DNA of 64,000 nt, from positions 12,487 to 76,486 of the forward strand of contig CAZPJW010000002.1 of NCBI GenBank assembly GCA_964587005.1, read 5' to 3'. Below, piece by piece: positions 47,243-56,839 of the stretch (positions are counted from its first letter, which is position 1; each line of letters starts with the position of its first letter). Origin of the DNA: Candidatus Woesearchaeota archaeon (lineage in GTDB: Archaea > Nanobdellota > Nanobdellia > SCGC-AAA011-G17 > PNOQ01). The notes under the pieces are model-generated. The model was not told where the DNA came from. It searched no databases and was given only the letters and a program-made list of their open reading frames with translations. The position numbers and the translations under genes were made by a program.

Positions 47243-47419
47243 ATGGTTAAGAAAGAATTACATTGTACATCATGTAACGTTAAAGTTAGTGGTTCGGATG
47301 TTTCTGTTAGATTTAAATGTCCAAATTGCGGAAAAGTTGAGATTATTAGATGTAAAAAATGTAGAGTGGACTCAATTCCTTATGTTTGCTCTGGTTGTGA
47401 GTTTGAGGGACCTAACTAA
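47243..47419 (+). CDS. small double zinc-ribbon protein (COG2888-like, translation-associated)
   Basis: 58 aa: MVKKELHCTSCNVKVSGSDVSVRFKCPNCGKVEIIRCKKCRVDSIPYVCSGCEFEGPN (four CxxC pairs). Lies directly upstream of aEF1B. Missed by the ORF track, which lists another frame at 47184..47459. Confidence 0.5.
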   Translation: MVKKELHCTSCNVKVSGSDVSVRFKCPNCGKVEIIRCKKCRVDSIPYVCSGCEFEGPN

Positions 47420-47421
47420 AA

Positions 47422-47703
47422 ATGGCCGTAGTGATTATTACCTTGAAAATAATGCCTGAGAATCCAGAAATAGATATGGTAGAATTGGAGAAAAAAGCCA
47501 AAGAAAAGATTATTGAGTTTACTAAAGATGATGGCGAGATGAAAGTTGAAATTGAACCAGTTGCTTTTGGTTTGAATGCTCTTAAGATTATTTTTGTTAT
47601 GGAAGAATCTTTGGGAAGTCCTGATCCTTTGGCAGAAACTATAGAGAGTTTTGATGAAGTTACTTCTGCGGAAGTTGTTGATGTTAGAAGGGCGTTAGGA
47701 TAG
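47422..47703 (+). CDS. ef1b: translation elongation factor aEF-1 beta
   Basis: 93 aa. Size and sequence profile of archaeal EF1B, in the conserved Zn-ribbon neighbourhood. Confidence 0.7.
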   Translation: MAVVIITLKIMPENPEIDMVELEKKAKEKIIEFTKDDGEMKVEIEPVAFGLNALKIIFVMEESLGSPDPLAETIESFDEVTSAEVVDVRRALG

Positions 47704-48568
47704 ATAAAAACAAATTTCCCTTTAATATTGTGACTAAAAATGCTATCAGAAATGTTGGTGCAAAAGAGATGCCTTCTTTTATAGGGACTTCTTTGAAGTG
47801 TTTTTGAATTAATTCTATTTGAGATTTTTTTACTCCATGGACTGATGGAGAGTATATTAATTTATCTTCGGATTTTAATTTTGAAGTAATACAATCTCCT
47901 TCTCTTAATTTTTGAGTTGAGATAGTTTTGTACATAGTTGTTTTTTCTATAGCTTTTGTGAATACTAATAAGTAATTGAATAAAAGTAAGAGGAGAGAAA
48001 TTGATAGGACAAGTGTTCTTTCTGAATTTGTTTTTAATACAAAGAATCCGGCAATATTTATTAAAACCACCAATATCCAAATAATTTTTTCAAATTTCTT
48101 TGTTTTTTTTGATGAATATAATTCTTTGAAATTTTCCGCAAACTTTTTTCTGTTTATAATTGAAAGATATATTGCGTAGATTATTGTGTATACTGCTCCA
48201 ACTATAATCAAGTTTATGAAAAAATCTAAACCAAAATAATTTGTTGTTTTTGCCCAGATTAGTCCTTTAGTGAGCATAGGATATATTGGAATTAATGCTC
48301 CTAGTCCGGCCAGTAGCTTTGCATCTCCGCCCCCCCATTGTTTTGAGTAGTACATCAATCTGCCAACTATGAAAAATGCACCGAAGGTTAATAGACTAAA
48401 AAGCAGATAAGAATTATCGTTTGAGGTAAATGTTCTTAATGCGTTTACAAATATTCCGATGAACACAAATGAAAAATTCAGCGAGTCTGGAATTTCTTGA
48501 GTTTTTATATCTGATATTGTTGCTATTATAAGATAGATCAAAGCTAGAGAGATTATTATGAAATCCAT
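47684..48568 (-). CDS. prepilin/preflagellin peptidase (A24 family, FlaK/PibD-like)
   Basis: 294 aa polytopic. First catalytic Asp context TISDIKTQEIPD. Second context QWGGGDAKLLAGLG (GGGDxKLL). Confidence 0.7.
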   Translation of the reverse strand: MDFIIISLALIYLIIATISDIKTQEIPDSLNFSFVFIGIFVNALRTFTSNDNSYLLFSLLTFGAFFIVGRLMYYSKQWGGGDAKLLAGLGALIPIYPMLTKGLIWAKTTNYFGLDFFINLIIVGAVYTIIYAIYLSIINRKKFAENFKELYSSKKTKKFEKIIWILVVLINIAGFFVLKTNSERTLVLSISLLLLLFNYLLVFTKAIEKTTMYKTISTQKLREGDCITSKLKSEDKLIYSPSVHGVKKSQIELIQKHFKEVPIKEGISFAPTFLIAFLVTILKGNLFLSILTPF

Positions 48569-48643
48569 GCATTTAAGGTAATTAGTGGAATTTATAAAAT
48601 TTAGTATGGAAAGTAATATAAATCTTTTTTTTGTAATCGTATT

Positions 48644-49051
48644 ATGTTTGTTGAAAAAGAATTGAAGAAGTTGGCCAAAGAAGTTTATTCTGAATTTTCT
48701 AAAAAATATAAAGTTAGTTGTGAATTTTCTTTTGTTAGTTTGGATGAGTTTTGGAAACTAGCAAAAAAGAGCAAGTTAGTACAGGATGATATCAGAAGAA
48801 AGATACCTTTGAAAGTGGGCGCATTGGTTGTTCATGGAAAAAAGGATAGAATATGCTTGAATGTTGAAGTTTTAAATCAGATTACCAATAACCCTAATTT
48901 TGTAAAGGCCATAATGTTTCATGAGCTTTCTCATGTTTATTTGAAAGGAAAAGTTATGCAAGACAGCTTAAATGAGGGAATTAAGTCCGAAAATAGGGTG
49001 GAATCTTTTGTTCAAGAGAAATTTCCCAAATATTCAAAATACCTCGTTTAA
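48644..49051 (+). CDS. small putative zinc metallopeptidase (HExxH)
   Basis: 135 aa with IMFHELSHVYL and no TM. Divergent from the prepilin peptidase gene. Confidence 0.35.
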   Translation: MFVEKELKKLAKEVYSEFSKKYKVSCEFSFVSLDEFWKLAKKSKLVQDDIRRKIPLKVGALVVHGKKDRICLNVEVLNQITNNPNFVKAIMFHELSHVYLKGKVMQDSLNEGIKSENRVESFVQEKFPKYSKYLV

Positions 49052-49089
49052 CAGAAAAACTTTTAAACTAAATTAGGGTTTTTAAATTA

Positions 49090-50250
49090 ATGTTCTTGCT
49101 AAATAAAAAGGGAAGAGATCCAACAGTAGAAGGATTGATATTTTTGATTGGAATTATGATAGTTCTTTATACTTTGATTTTGCCTCCTTGTGATAAATGT
49201 AGGTTGCTTGGGAGAGATTGTCCGGTAACTTGTGATGAAGTTGAAAGTGGAAGTGTTTTATTATTAGAAAGTCCTGGGGATGTTGGTGAAGTTGAAGATG
49301 ATAATGTGAGACATGTTTTTGATTCTGCGAACCTCTTTTCAAAGAGTGGGCCAGAAAGTAGTATCTTATCCAACTCCCTTATGATAAAAAATAGTTTATT
49401 TGGTACGTTAGATCAAGATCTTGAGTTTTCTTTAGATGACTTAGAGAACTTGAAAGAATTTACTTTGGATTTTGCAGTTGTAGAGGCCAAAGGAAATTTA
49501 ATGATTTATTTAAATGGAAAGGAAATTTTTAATGAGCATATTGCTCCTAATAATGTTAAGAGTGTTCGTATTCCTGTAGAGTATTTGGAAGAGGAAAATA
49601 CTCTTACTATGAGTGTTAATCCTCCGGGGTTTGCTTTTTGGACATCGAATAAATATTATTTGAAAGACATTATGTTAATTAAAGGATTTGAGTTGACTCA
49701 TACTTCTGAAGTTTTTGACTTTTCTGTAGGTTCTTCTGAGAGAAGTGCTATTAAAGATTCTGAATTGAGGTTTTATGTTTATTGCAAAGGCGAGATGGGC
49801 CAGACAAATGTATTGAAAGCATACTTAAATGAGAATTTATTATATAGTGAATTATTGGCTTGTATTAATGAAAATTTTAAAGTAGAAATTGACGAAGATT
49901 ATTTTGAATCTGGAACTAATCAACTAGAGTTTAGTGTTAGCGGCGGAGATTTCTTGGTTACTGATATAGAGATATTTAATGAAGTTGAAGGGAAAGTTTA
50001 TCCTTCCTATACTTTTTATATTAGTGATTCTATTTATGAAGAAGATTATGATTACTACTTATTTTTGGATATGTATGGGGATGAGAAGATTGCTGATATA
50101 ATAGTTAATGATGATATTTTGAGTCTTGATACTGATACGAGTTTAAAGGAGTATGATCTGACTAACATTCTAAAGGAAGGAAATAACTTTATTGAGATAA
50201 GGCCATACACTGATTTTAGTATTGACACTCTAAAAATTGGGTATGTATAA
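49090..50250 (+). CDS. secreted protein with class III-like signal and Cys-rich N-region
   Basis: 386 aa. MFLLNKKG|RDPTVEGLIFLIGIMIVLY, then CDKCRLLGRDCPVTCDE. Confidence 0.4.
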   Translation: MFLLNKKGRDPTVEGLIFLIGIMIVLYTLILPPCDKCRLLGRDCPVTCDEVESGSVLLLESPGDVGEVEDDNVRHVFDSANLFSKSGPESSILSNSLMIKNSLFGTLDQDLEFSLDDLENLKEFTLDFAVVEAKGNLMIYLNGKEIFNEHIAPNNVKSVRIPVEYLEEENTLTMSVNPPGFAFWTSNKYYLKDIMLIKGFELTHTSEVFDFSVGSSERSAIKDSELRFYVYCKGEMGQTNVLKAYLNENLLYSELLACINENFKVEIDEDYFESGTNQLEFSVSGGDFLVTDIEIFNEVEGKVYPSYTFYISDSIYEEDYDYYLFLDMYGDEKIADIIVNDDILSLDTDTSLKEYDLTNILKEGNNFIEIRPYTDFSIDTLKIGYV

Positions 50251-51665
50251 TGTGGAATCCGTTTAAATCAAAAGAGCAAAAAAAGAAAGAAGAATCAGAT
50301 AGGATGACTGAGAAGCTTGATAGAGAGTTTAATGCTAGCCAAAAGAAAAAAAGAAAATCTGGGAAGGGGTTTGATTTCAAATTGTCTCCAAGTTGGATAT
50401 TTGCTATTTTGTTTTTTATTTTAGGGGCAGTTCTTTTATTTGTGAATATCTGGATAGGAATTGCCTTTATTTTATTAGGCTTAATAGTGAAATTCTATAA
50501 GAGTTTTAGTTCGAGAGAAAGATTTAAGATGCTTAAGATGCTCGGCGGGGGATTTAAATTTACTATCTTGGTTATTGTAGTTGTTGGATTTATTTGGTTA
50601 GCTACTATTGGTTGGGACACTCCCTGGGTACAATCTAATATTGTTCCCACTTATGAAAATGTTAAATTGAAAGTTTCAGAATCTGGAGTTGGAGGATTTT
50701 TTTCTAAGATTTTGAATCCTGGAGATGAGCTAAGGAGATATGGCAGTTTTGAAGATGAAGTTTTGAAGAGAGAAGGTATTGGCGTAAAAATGAGCAAATT
50801 AGAATCTATTGAACCAAGATTTCCTTCTGGCGGGCCAATAACTGTTCAAAGTAAAATTGAGGCTGCTGGTATGTCTGATGAAAGTTCAGAAGTTTATTTT
50901 AAGTGTGAATTAGATACATATACGGGGAGTATAGGGATTGATCCTTATGGAAAGGATTCTGCAGCTATCTTGCCTCCAAGGGGGGATGAACTTGATCAAA
51001 CTATTAGATGCATATTTGAGGAAGGATTAGTTACAACTACAACTACAAATACTAAGACCGCCAAATTGACTGCTACTTTTGAGAGTTTTTTTGGTCAGGC
51101 TCTTTATCCGTTAGTTTTGACTAGTACAAAAGATTCTGCGGAAAAAGTGGATCTTAAAGAGTATTCCTCGGAGGAAACAGGGGTTTTTGTAAATAATATT
51201 GGTTATTCTATTGTTAGTCCGGGACCAATAAGGTTTGAAGTGGGCATCGATAAGGAGCAGCCATTTATTGATGAAGATATTGCTTTTTTAGAGGTCAATA
51301 TTCAAGTAGATAGTAGAATAGATTTAAATGAAGTTGATTCTTTGGGTTTGTTTGTTCCAAGCGAATATATTCAACTGAGAACTGGCGGTAATAGGTGTGA
51401 TTTTGAGCATGATGGGACATATGGGGAATTTGTTGTTTATAGGCCGAACGATGAGGCGCGTGAAAAATTAAATGAAGACTGTAAAACGAGAAGTTGTAAA
51501 AATTCAAAAAAAGATATTACTTTAAGTTGTTACTTTGATGTTGATAGTGGAGATTTAGAAGACGGAGATCTGATAGAATCTAGAAATATTCTTTTAGAAG
51601 CATATTATAGTTTCGATATTTATTCTACTACTCCCGTTACTGTTAGAAATGCTGCCCAAAGTTAA
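50250..51665 (+). CDS. membrane-anchored secreted protein
   Basis: 471 aa. Basic N-terminus, KSGKG|FDFKLSPSWIFAILFFILGAVLLFV, a second TM helix, and a large extracellular domain with Cys pairs. Confidence 0.4.
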   Translation: MWNPFKSKEQKKKEESDRMTEKLDREFNASQKKKRKSGKGFDFKLSPSWIFAILFFILGAVLLFVNIWIGIAFILLGLIVKFYKSFSSRERFKMLKMLGGGFKFTILVIVVVGFIWLATIGWDTPWVQSNIVPTYENVKLKVSESGVGGFFSKILNPGDELRRYGSFEDEVLKREGIGVKMSKLESIEPRFPSGGPITVQSKIEAAGMSDESSEVYFKCELDTYTGSIGIDPYGKDSAAILPPRGDELDQTIRCIFEEGLVTTTTTNTKTAKLTATFESFFGQALYPLVLTSTKDSAEKVDLKEYSSEETGVFVNNIGYSIVSPGPIRFEVGIDKEQPFIDEDIAFLEVNIQVDSRIDLNEVDSLGLFVPSEYIQLRTGGNRCDFEHDGTYGEFVVYRPNDEAREKLNEDCKTRSCKNSKKDITLSCYFDVDSGDLEDGDLIESRNILLEAYYSFDIYSTTPVTVRNAAQS

Positions 51666-51705
51666 TTAGAAACATTTTTAAACATCTTTTCTTTTTTTAT
51701 AAAAT

Positions 51706-52623
51706 ATGAAATTTATAGAGGCGTACCTGATTTTAATTGTAGGTTTTGTTTTAGTTGTTTCTGGATGTGATGAGGGGCCCCAAACACAAGGGGCTATTGC
51801 TGAGGGAGTTAATTTTAATTTTGAGGAAGGTTATCCCGATAGCATTTTGACAGAAGGTGAAAATTTTAATGTTAATATAAAAGTTTTGAATAGTTTGAGT
51901 TCTCCAGTACCTTTTGAATTGTGTTTGTTTGGAGATAGGTCGGAATATTATGGGGGGGTTCCTGTAAAAGGAATTTGTAAAGAAGGTTTAACTGTAGATC
52001 AGTCTTATAAGAATAATCAGGGAGTAATTTATCCTTCTACTGTTGATGTTATATTTCCTTCTGCAGGAGAGTCTTTTTCTTATCTGAATCTTGATAAAAC
52101 AGTTAGTTTTACTAATCTTCGAGCTAACTTGAAATATTCTCTTGATACCGAGAGTAGTTTGGATGTTTGTGTTTTAAGTGGAAGAGATTATGAGTCTACG
52201 GGAGATTTCGAATGTTTGCCAGAAGAAACTTTTCTTGGGCAGGATATTTCTCAAGAATCTGCGCCACTGGTTGTTTCTAAAGTCGAAAAGAGTGTGAGGA
52301 GTATTGGTGGTCAACCTCAAATGAAGGTTTTTATTACATTGAGCAAGGCTTCAAATGGAGAAATTGTGAAAAAAGATGAGCAAGGCTTAGATTTGGTTGG
52401 CCTGAATGTTTTTTTGAGAGGTACAGATTCTGAATTTATATGTAAGAATCAAAGATCTGGAGGAGTAGTATTTAGAGAAGGTGATTCTATTGAATGTAGG
52501 GCAGATTTAAATTTGGGCGGAAATGAAAACGTATATAAAGATAGCTTAGTAATAGGATTATCATATGAGTATATGTTGGAAAAAATCAAGAGGATAGATT
52601 TTGATAAGGGTTGGGAGGAATGA
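51706..52623 (+). CDS. predicted lipoprotein / surface protein
   Basis: 305 aa. Signal peptide with lipobox-like VVSGC. Confidence 0.4.
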   Translation: MKFIEAYLILIVGFVLVVSGCDEGPQTQGAIAEGVNFNFEEGYPDSILTEGENFNVNIKVLNSLSSPVPFELCLFGDRSEYYGGVPVKGICKEGLTVDQSYKNNQGVIYPSTVDVIFPSAGESFSYLNLDKTVSFTNLRANLKYSLDTESSLDVCVLSGRDYESTGDFECLPEETFLGQDISQESAPLVVSKVEKSVRSIGGQPQMKVFITLSKASNGEIVKKDEQGLDLVGLNVFLRGTDSEFICKNQRSGGVVFREGDSIECRADLNLGGNENVYKDSLVIGLSYEYMLEKIKRIDFDKGWEE

Positions 52624-53552
52624 AAATGAGGAAATATTTATTGGTTGTGGCTTTTTTGTTTACATTACTTATTGTTGGTTGTACTGAGCAAGATGTAGAA
52701 GAAAATGAAAGTCCATATATTGGTGGATTTGCAGGGATGAGTATTGCCTTTGATCCTACTGCGCCTTTGGCAGAATTTACACAAGATGATGTTGTGGATG
52801 TAAAAGTTAATTTGGTTAATAAAGGAGAATATGCAATTCCGGCGGATTCTATAAAAGTGAAATTGTATGGTTTATCTCCTGAAGAGTTTAACACTTTGAG
52901 TTTTGATTATGCTAATGTTCCTGGAGGATTGTTTGCTGCCGAGAAAGATATATTTGATGAGGGTGGGCAAGTTTCGGTAGATATGGGACAAATTGATTAT
53001 AATGGATTAATAAGTAATTATATTGAAAGGGAATTATATGCAAAGGTTTGTTACCCTTATGAAACTAAGTCTAGTGTTGAGACCTGTATAACTTCTAGAA
53101 GGACTGAAGAAGCAGGTAATGATGTTTGTGACTATACCGGCGAAAAGATAAAGGACGGTTTTGTTTCTGGTGGCCCAGTCCAAATTACAAGTTTTACACA
53201 AGAACCACGTGGAGTTAATCAAATGGTTTTTAAAATAAATTTACAAAACCAAGGATTTGGAGAGGCATTTAGTAAGGATGCTGAATGTGGGACTTATGAA
53301 ACTGCTGTTGGAAAATTGCAAAATGAAGGTAAGATTTTTGTTAAGTTGGCTCCAGTGAATATTTTATGTAGTTTTAGTGATGGCCAATTTAATGAGGGAT
53401 TTATTACCTTAGAGGGAAATGCGGAGAAGGTTTTGGTATGTACCATGGACGTGCCCGAAGATTCTCAATATGTCCAGACTGTGGAAGTTGCAGCTAACTA
53501 TAACTATGTGGATAGCACTTCAACAAATATAAAAATTTTAGGTAATCAATAA
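52611..53552 (+). CDS. predicted lipoprotein / surface protein (paralog-like)
   Basis: 313 aa. Signal peptide with LIVGC. Similar length and beta-rich composition to the previous gene. Confidence 0.4.
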   Translation: MGGMKMRKYLLVVAFLFTLLIVGCTEQDVEENESPYIGGFAGMSIAFDPTAPLAEFTQDDVVDVKVNLVNKGEYAIPADSIKVKLYGLSPEEFNTLSFDYANVPGGLFAAEKDIFDEGGQVSVDMGQIDYNGLISNYIERELYAKVCYPYETKSSVETCITSRRTEEAGNDVCDYTGEKIKDGFVSGGPVQITSFTQEPRGVNQMVFKINLQNQGFGEAFSKDAECGTYETAVGKLQNEGKIFVKLAPVNILCSFSDGQFNEGFITLEGNAEKVLVCTMDVPEDSQYVQTVEVAANYNYVDSTSTNIKILGNQ

Positions 53553-53583
53553 CTTTATTAATTTCTTTCTTTTTCTTATTAAA

Positions 53584-54138
53584 ATGAGTCTAAAGAACAC
53601 CATAACCGATTTGAAAGAAGTTGCTAAGAATCATGAGCTTTATGAAAATGTTCTGAAAACTAATGGTAATATTGTTATTTTTAGGGGGAACTTGGATAGA
53701 CCAGATTATTTATTCATTGGGGAGGCACCGGGCAATGATGAAAATAAACAAGGAATTCCTTTTATTGGTAGGAGCGGGAAACTTTTGGATGGTTGGACTG
53801 AATCTAGCGGCATTGATAATTTCGCAGTAATCAACACAGTCCCAATAATTCCATTTGATTCGGCCGGAAAAATTAGAAAACCAACTAAAGAAGAAATTAA
53901 ATATTTTAAACCGTATGTTGATTCTTTTATCAAGGAAATTAATCCAAAAAATATTATTTGTCTTGGAAAAAGTGCCTTAGAGTATATGGATTTGAAGTTG
54001 GAAAATACTTTTTGGAAAGGAAATATTGGATTTATTTATCATCCCGCTTTTTATTTGAGAAGGGGTCAAAAGGGAACTGAAGATTTTGTTAAGTTAATTA
54101 GAAATAAAGTTGATCAAAAAGGACTTGGAGAGTTTTAA
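53584..54138 (+). CDS. udg: uracil-DNA glycosylase superfamily protein (family 4/5-like, no Fe-S cysteines)
   Basis: 184 aa. Motif A FIGEAPGNDENKQGIPFIGRSGKLL. Motif B region IYHPAF. Confidence 0.65.
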   Translation: MSLKNTITDLKEVAKNHELYENVLKTNGNIVIFRGNLDRPDYLFIGEAPGNDENKQGIPFIGRSGKLLDGWTESSGIDNFAVINTVPIIPFDSAGKIRKPTKEEIKYFKPYVDSFIKEINPKNIICLGKSALEYMDLKLENTFWKGNIGFIYHPAFYLRRGQKGTEDFVKLIRNKVDQKGLGEF

Positions 54139-54290
54139 ATATCTTTTTTTGCTAATCTTCTATATTTTCCGTATTTGTCTTCTGGAGAATATTTTGCCGG
54201 TTTTGGATTGATTGTTTTTGTTGAACATTTTGGACATTTGTCTTTTAAAGTGTAAGTAGAACATTTTGGACACTTTAATATCTTTTTCAT
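54134..54290 (-). CDS. nop10: H/ACA RNP protein Nop10, apparently frameshifted
   Basis: Reverse-strand ATG (54290) encodes MKKILKCPKCSTYTLKE. The conserved second half (KCPKCSTKTINPKPAKYSPEDKYGKYRRLAKKDI) is in the +1 frame. The 157-nt span is 3n+1. The start overlaps the eIF2alpha stop by 4 bp, as in the conserved operon. Confidence 0.45.
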
Positions 54291-55060
54291 TTTAATCTTT
54301 CGAAGGAGATTTTGATTTCTTTTTCTTCTGCCATCTTTTTGGCATCTTTATTTAATTGTTCAAGAAGTCCTTCTGCTGTTTTATAATCTGATGCTTTTAT
54401 CGTAAGCTTATATTTTGGAGCACTTACGTATGATATTTTTATATCCCCTTTTTGTAGTTTTATTAATAGCTTCTTTATTATTTCAATACCGTCTGGTTTT
54501 CCAGATGTAAGTTCGATTATTTCCCTTACCTCTACTTCTGGTTTTTTTATTTTTTGTTGTATTATTTTTTGTACTAATTCAGTTATTTTTTTTGGCAGTT
54601 TTAATTTTGTTAGTGAATCTGAATCAAGCGAAAAATTTTCAAACGCCGATGTTAATGTGCCATATTCTTCTATTAATTTAAATCCTATGTCTTTGTAACT
54701 TTGTGAAAGATCTTTATCTAATTCCTTTCCTATTATTTCCAAAATTTTTTCTGATTTTTGTTCTTGTTTGCTTTCTTGTATTTTGTTTACTTTCTGACTA
54801 TTGTTTACTCGCCTTATTGATAAATCAATATGCCCTCTCTCTTTATCTATTTTTAGAACTTTGCAGACTATTTGTTTTCCTTCCCGAACATAGTCTCTTA
54901 TATTTCTTATTCTTCCTGGAGAAATTTCTGAGATATGTAGCATTCCTTCGAGACTTTCGTATTCATCTATGGTAACAAAAACAGAATGGTATAGAATTTT
55001 TTTTACAGTACAGAGTACTATTTCTCCTTCTTCAGGTTTACCTTTTTTCTTATAAAACAT
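54287..55060 (-). CDS. eif2a: translation initiation factor aIF-2 alpha
   Basis: 257 aa. N-terminal S1 domain (GEIVLCTVKKILYHSVFV...GMLHISEIS), then helical and alpha-beta domains. Confidence 0.85.
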   Translation of the reverse strand: MFYKKKGKPEEGEIVLCTVKKILYHSVFVTIDEYESLEGMLHISEISPGRIRNIRDYVREGKQIVCKVLKIDKERGHIDLSIRRVNNSQKVNKIQESKQEQKSEKILEIIGKELDKDLSQSYKDIGFKLIEEYGTLTSAFENFSLDSDSLTKLKLPKKITELVQKIIQQKIKKPEVEVREIIELTSGKPDGIEIIKKLLIKLQKGDIKISYVSAPKYKLTIKASDYKTAEGLLEQLNKDAKKMAEEKEIKISFERLK

Positions 55061-55062
55061 CG

Positions 55063-55254
55063 TTATTCGAGGATTTCAAGTGCAGTTGTTAGTATTTCTG
55101 CTTTTCCGCCCTTTGGCTTTGCTAGAACTTCTCCACAAACTAAACATTTTACTTCAGTGGATGCCTTTTCGAAGATTATTTGCTCGTTCTTACATTTACT
55201 GCATCTTACTTTTATGAATTTTGATTTTGGTTGGTTTAATTCCATTTTATACAA
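55063..55254 (-). CDS. rps27e: ribosomal protein S27e
   Basis: 63 aa with a C4 zinc finger (CSKCKNE...CLVCGEV). Confidence 0.85.
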   Translation of the reverse strand: MYKMELNQPKSKFIKVRCSKCKNEQIIFEKASTEVKCLVCGEVLAKPKGGKAEILTTALEILE

Positions 55255-55570
55255 ATTCTACCTTTTTTGATCTTCTTTGTTGCAATAATTTTGATTTACT
55301 ACATTCATTACAAGTCAATTTTAATGCTATTTTTTTACTTGTTTTTGAACCTGATCTTTTCCATTTAGTTACTGCAGGTCTTGACCCATAATTTCCTAAA
55401 TTTCCATATCCTGTACCTAATCCTCTTTTCTTTGCTCTGTCAATTGATCCTCTTTTTAATGCTCCCCTCTTTCCAGTTGTCTTGTTCTGACTAGATTTGT
55501 GCTCTGTGTGCTTCTTACACTTTTTGCAATATGATTTTCTAGTTTTTGGTGTTTTCATTTTTTTCTTCAA
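55247..55570 (-). CDS. rpl44e: ribosomal protein L44e
   Basis: About 100 aa, Lys-rich, with CKKCKKHTEHK...CNECSKS zinc ribbon. The true start is probably an internal Met. Confidence 0.85.
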   Translation of the reverse strand: MKKKMKTPKTRKSYCKKCKKHTEHKSSQNKTTGKRGALKRGSIDRAKKRGLGTGYGNLGNYGSRPAVTKWKRSGSKTSKKIALKLTCNECSKSKLLQQRRSKKVEFV

Positions 55571-56183
55571 CTTGATTTTTTTTGATTAATAATGTTGTTA
55601 TATCTTCTGGAAGTTGAGCAATATCTCCTTTTTCGTATGGTCCGTAATTGTTTAAATCGGTACCAACAAATTTGGACATTTTTTGTTTAAAAACAACTTC
55701 CTTAGCTTGGTTTTTAGGATTTTCGACCTTTTTTAAGTCTTTTGGTTCTTTTTTCACTGTAACTGTCTCGATGAGTTTTCCGAGGATTACATTGTGGAGT
55801 ATTTCTACTCTGAATTTGTCTAAGTTTTGTATTACCTTATCATAGACTTTTTTTTCTAAATTCAGCATAAATTTCTTATCATTAGTAGAGGATTTTGTTC
55901 TTGAATTTATTAATGCTATTTGGATTATTTTTGATTCTCTTTTTTCGTATAGTTCTTTTGTTATTTTTTGGATGTTTTCTATTTGTTTTCTTGTTTTTTG
56001 AACTTCTATTGTTGTGAAAATAGAGTCCTTTTGTTCTTGAGACTTTAATATCTCATATTTTTCTTTTATGTAGTTTACAAGTTTTTGATAGAATAATGGA
56101 TCCAATTCTTGTAGTTCTGCCCTATTTTTTTCCCTTCTTAGTATTTCATATAGAGTTTCATAAGTAATGTTTATTTCTGTCAT
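55539..56183 (-). CDS. hypothetical helical protein, possibly GINS subunit (Gins51-like)
   Basis: 214 aa. N-terminus ITYETLYEILRREKNRAELQELDPLFYQKLVNYI resembles the A-domain opening helices of archaeal GINS. Weak. Confidence 0.3.
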   Translation of the reverse strand: MTEINITYETLYEILRREKNRAELQELDPLFYQKLVNYIKEKYEILKSQEQKDSIFTTIEVQKTRKQIENIQKITKELYEKRESKIIQIALINSRTKSSTNDKKFMLNLEKKVYDKVIQNLDKFRVEILHNVILGKLIETVTVKKEPKDLKKVENPKNQAKEVVFKQKMSKFVGTDLNNYGPYEKGDIAQLPEDITTLLIKKNQVEEKNENTKN

Positions 56184-56254
56184 AATTATGAGATACAGTG
56201 TTTATTATTAAATGTTTTGTAAAGGAAAAGTTTTTAATTGTTTAAAATAAAAAT

Positions 56255-56839
56255 TTGTTTATGTATAGATATATTTATTTGTTTAGGCATGGGATGACTA
56301 AGGATAACTCCAGAGGCAAGTTTTCAGGGTTTAGACAGACTTCTTTGACAACAAGGGGAAGAGAAGATGCTAAGATTGTTGCTTTAAGGCTGAAAACTAA
56401 AAAGATCCATTTAGCCTATAAAAGTTCATTAAAGAGATCTGATCAAACGTTAAGAGAGGTTTTGAAGTTTCATCCAGAGTGCAAGAGTGTTATTACTGAT
56501 GATAGGATTATTGAGAGAAACTATGGAAATGTAACTGGGATGACACATTATGATTATATTAGAAAAAATAGCCCTAAGAAATATGATGGTTTTCATAGGG
56601 GGTATAAAATACCTCCTCCTGGCGGAGAATCTATCTTTGTTGTTGAGAAGAGGGTTAAAAGTTTGATTAAAGATTTGATTAAAATAATCAGAAAGAATAA
56701 AATTAATGTGGCAGTGTCTGCCCACGGTAATTCTATGAGGCCCTTCAGAAGATATTTTGAAAAACTTTCTGTTGATCAAATGATGAGTTTAGAAAATCCA
56801 TATGATAATATTTTTGAATATAAAATTAAAGTGAAATAG
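56255..56839 (+). CDS. histidine phosphatase (phosphoglycerate mutase family)
   Basis: 194 aa. N-terminal RHG catalytic motif (YLFRHGMTKDN). Conserved His near the C-terminus (SAHGNSMR). Confidence 0.65.
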   Translation: MFMYRYIYLFRHGMTKDNSRGKFSGFRQTSLTTRGREDAKIVALRLKTKKIHLAYKSSLKRSDQTLREVLKFHPECKSVITDDRIIERNYGNVTGMTHYDYIRKNSPKKYDGFHRGYKIPPPGGESIFVVEKRVKSLIKDLIKIIRKNKINVAVSAHGNSMRPFRRYFEKLSVDQMMSLENPYDNIFEYKIKVK

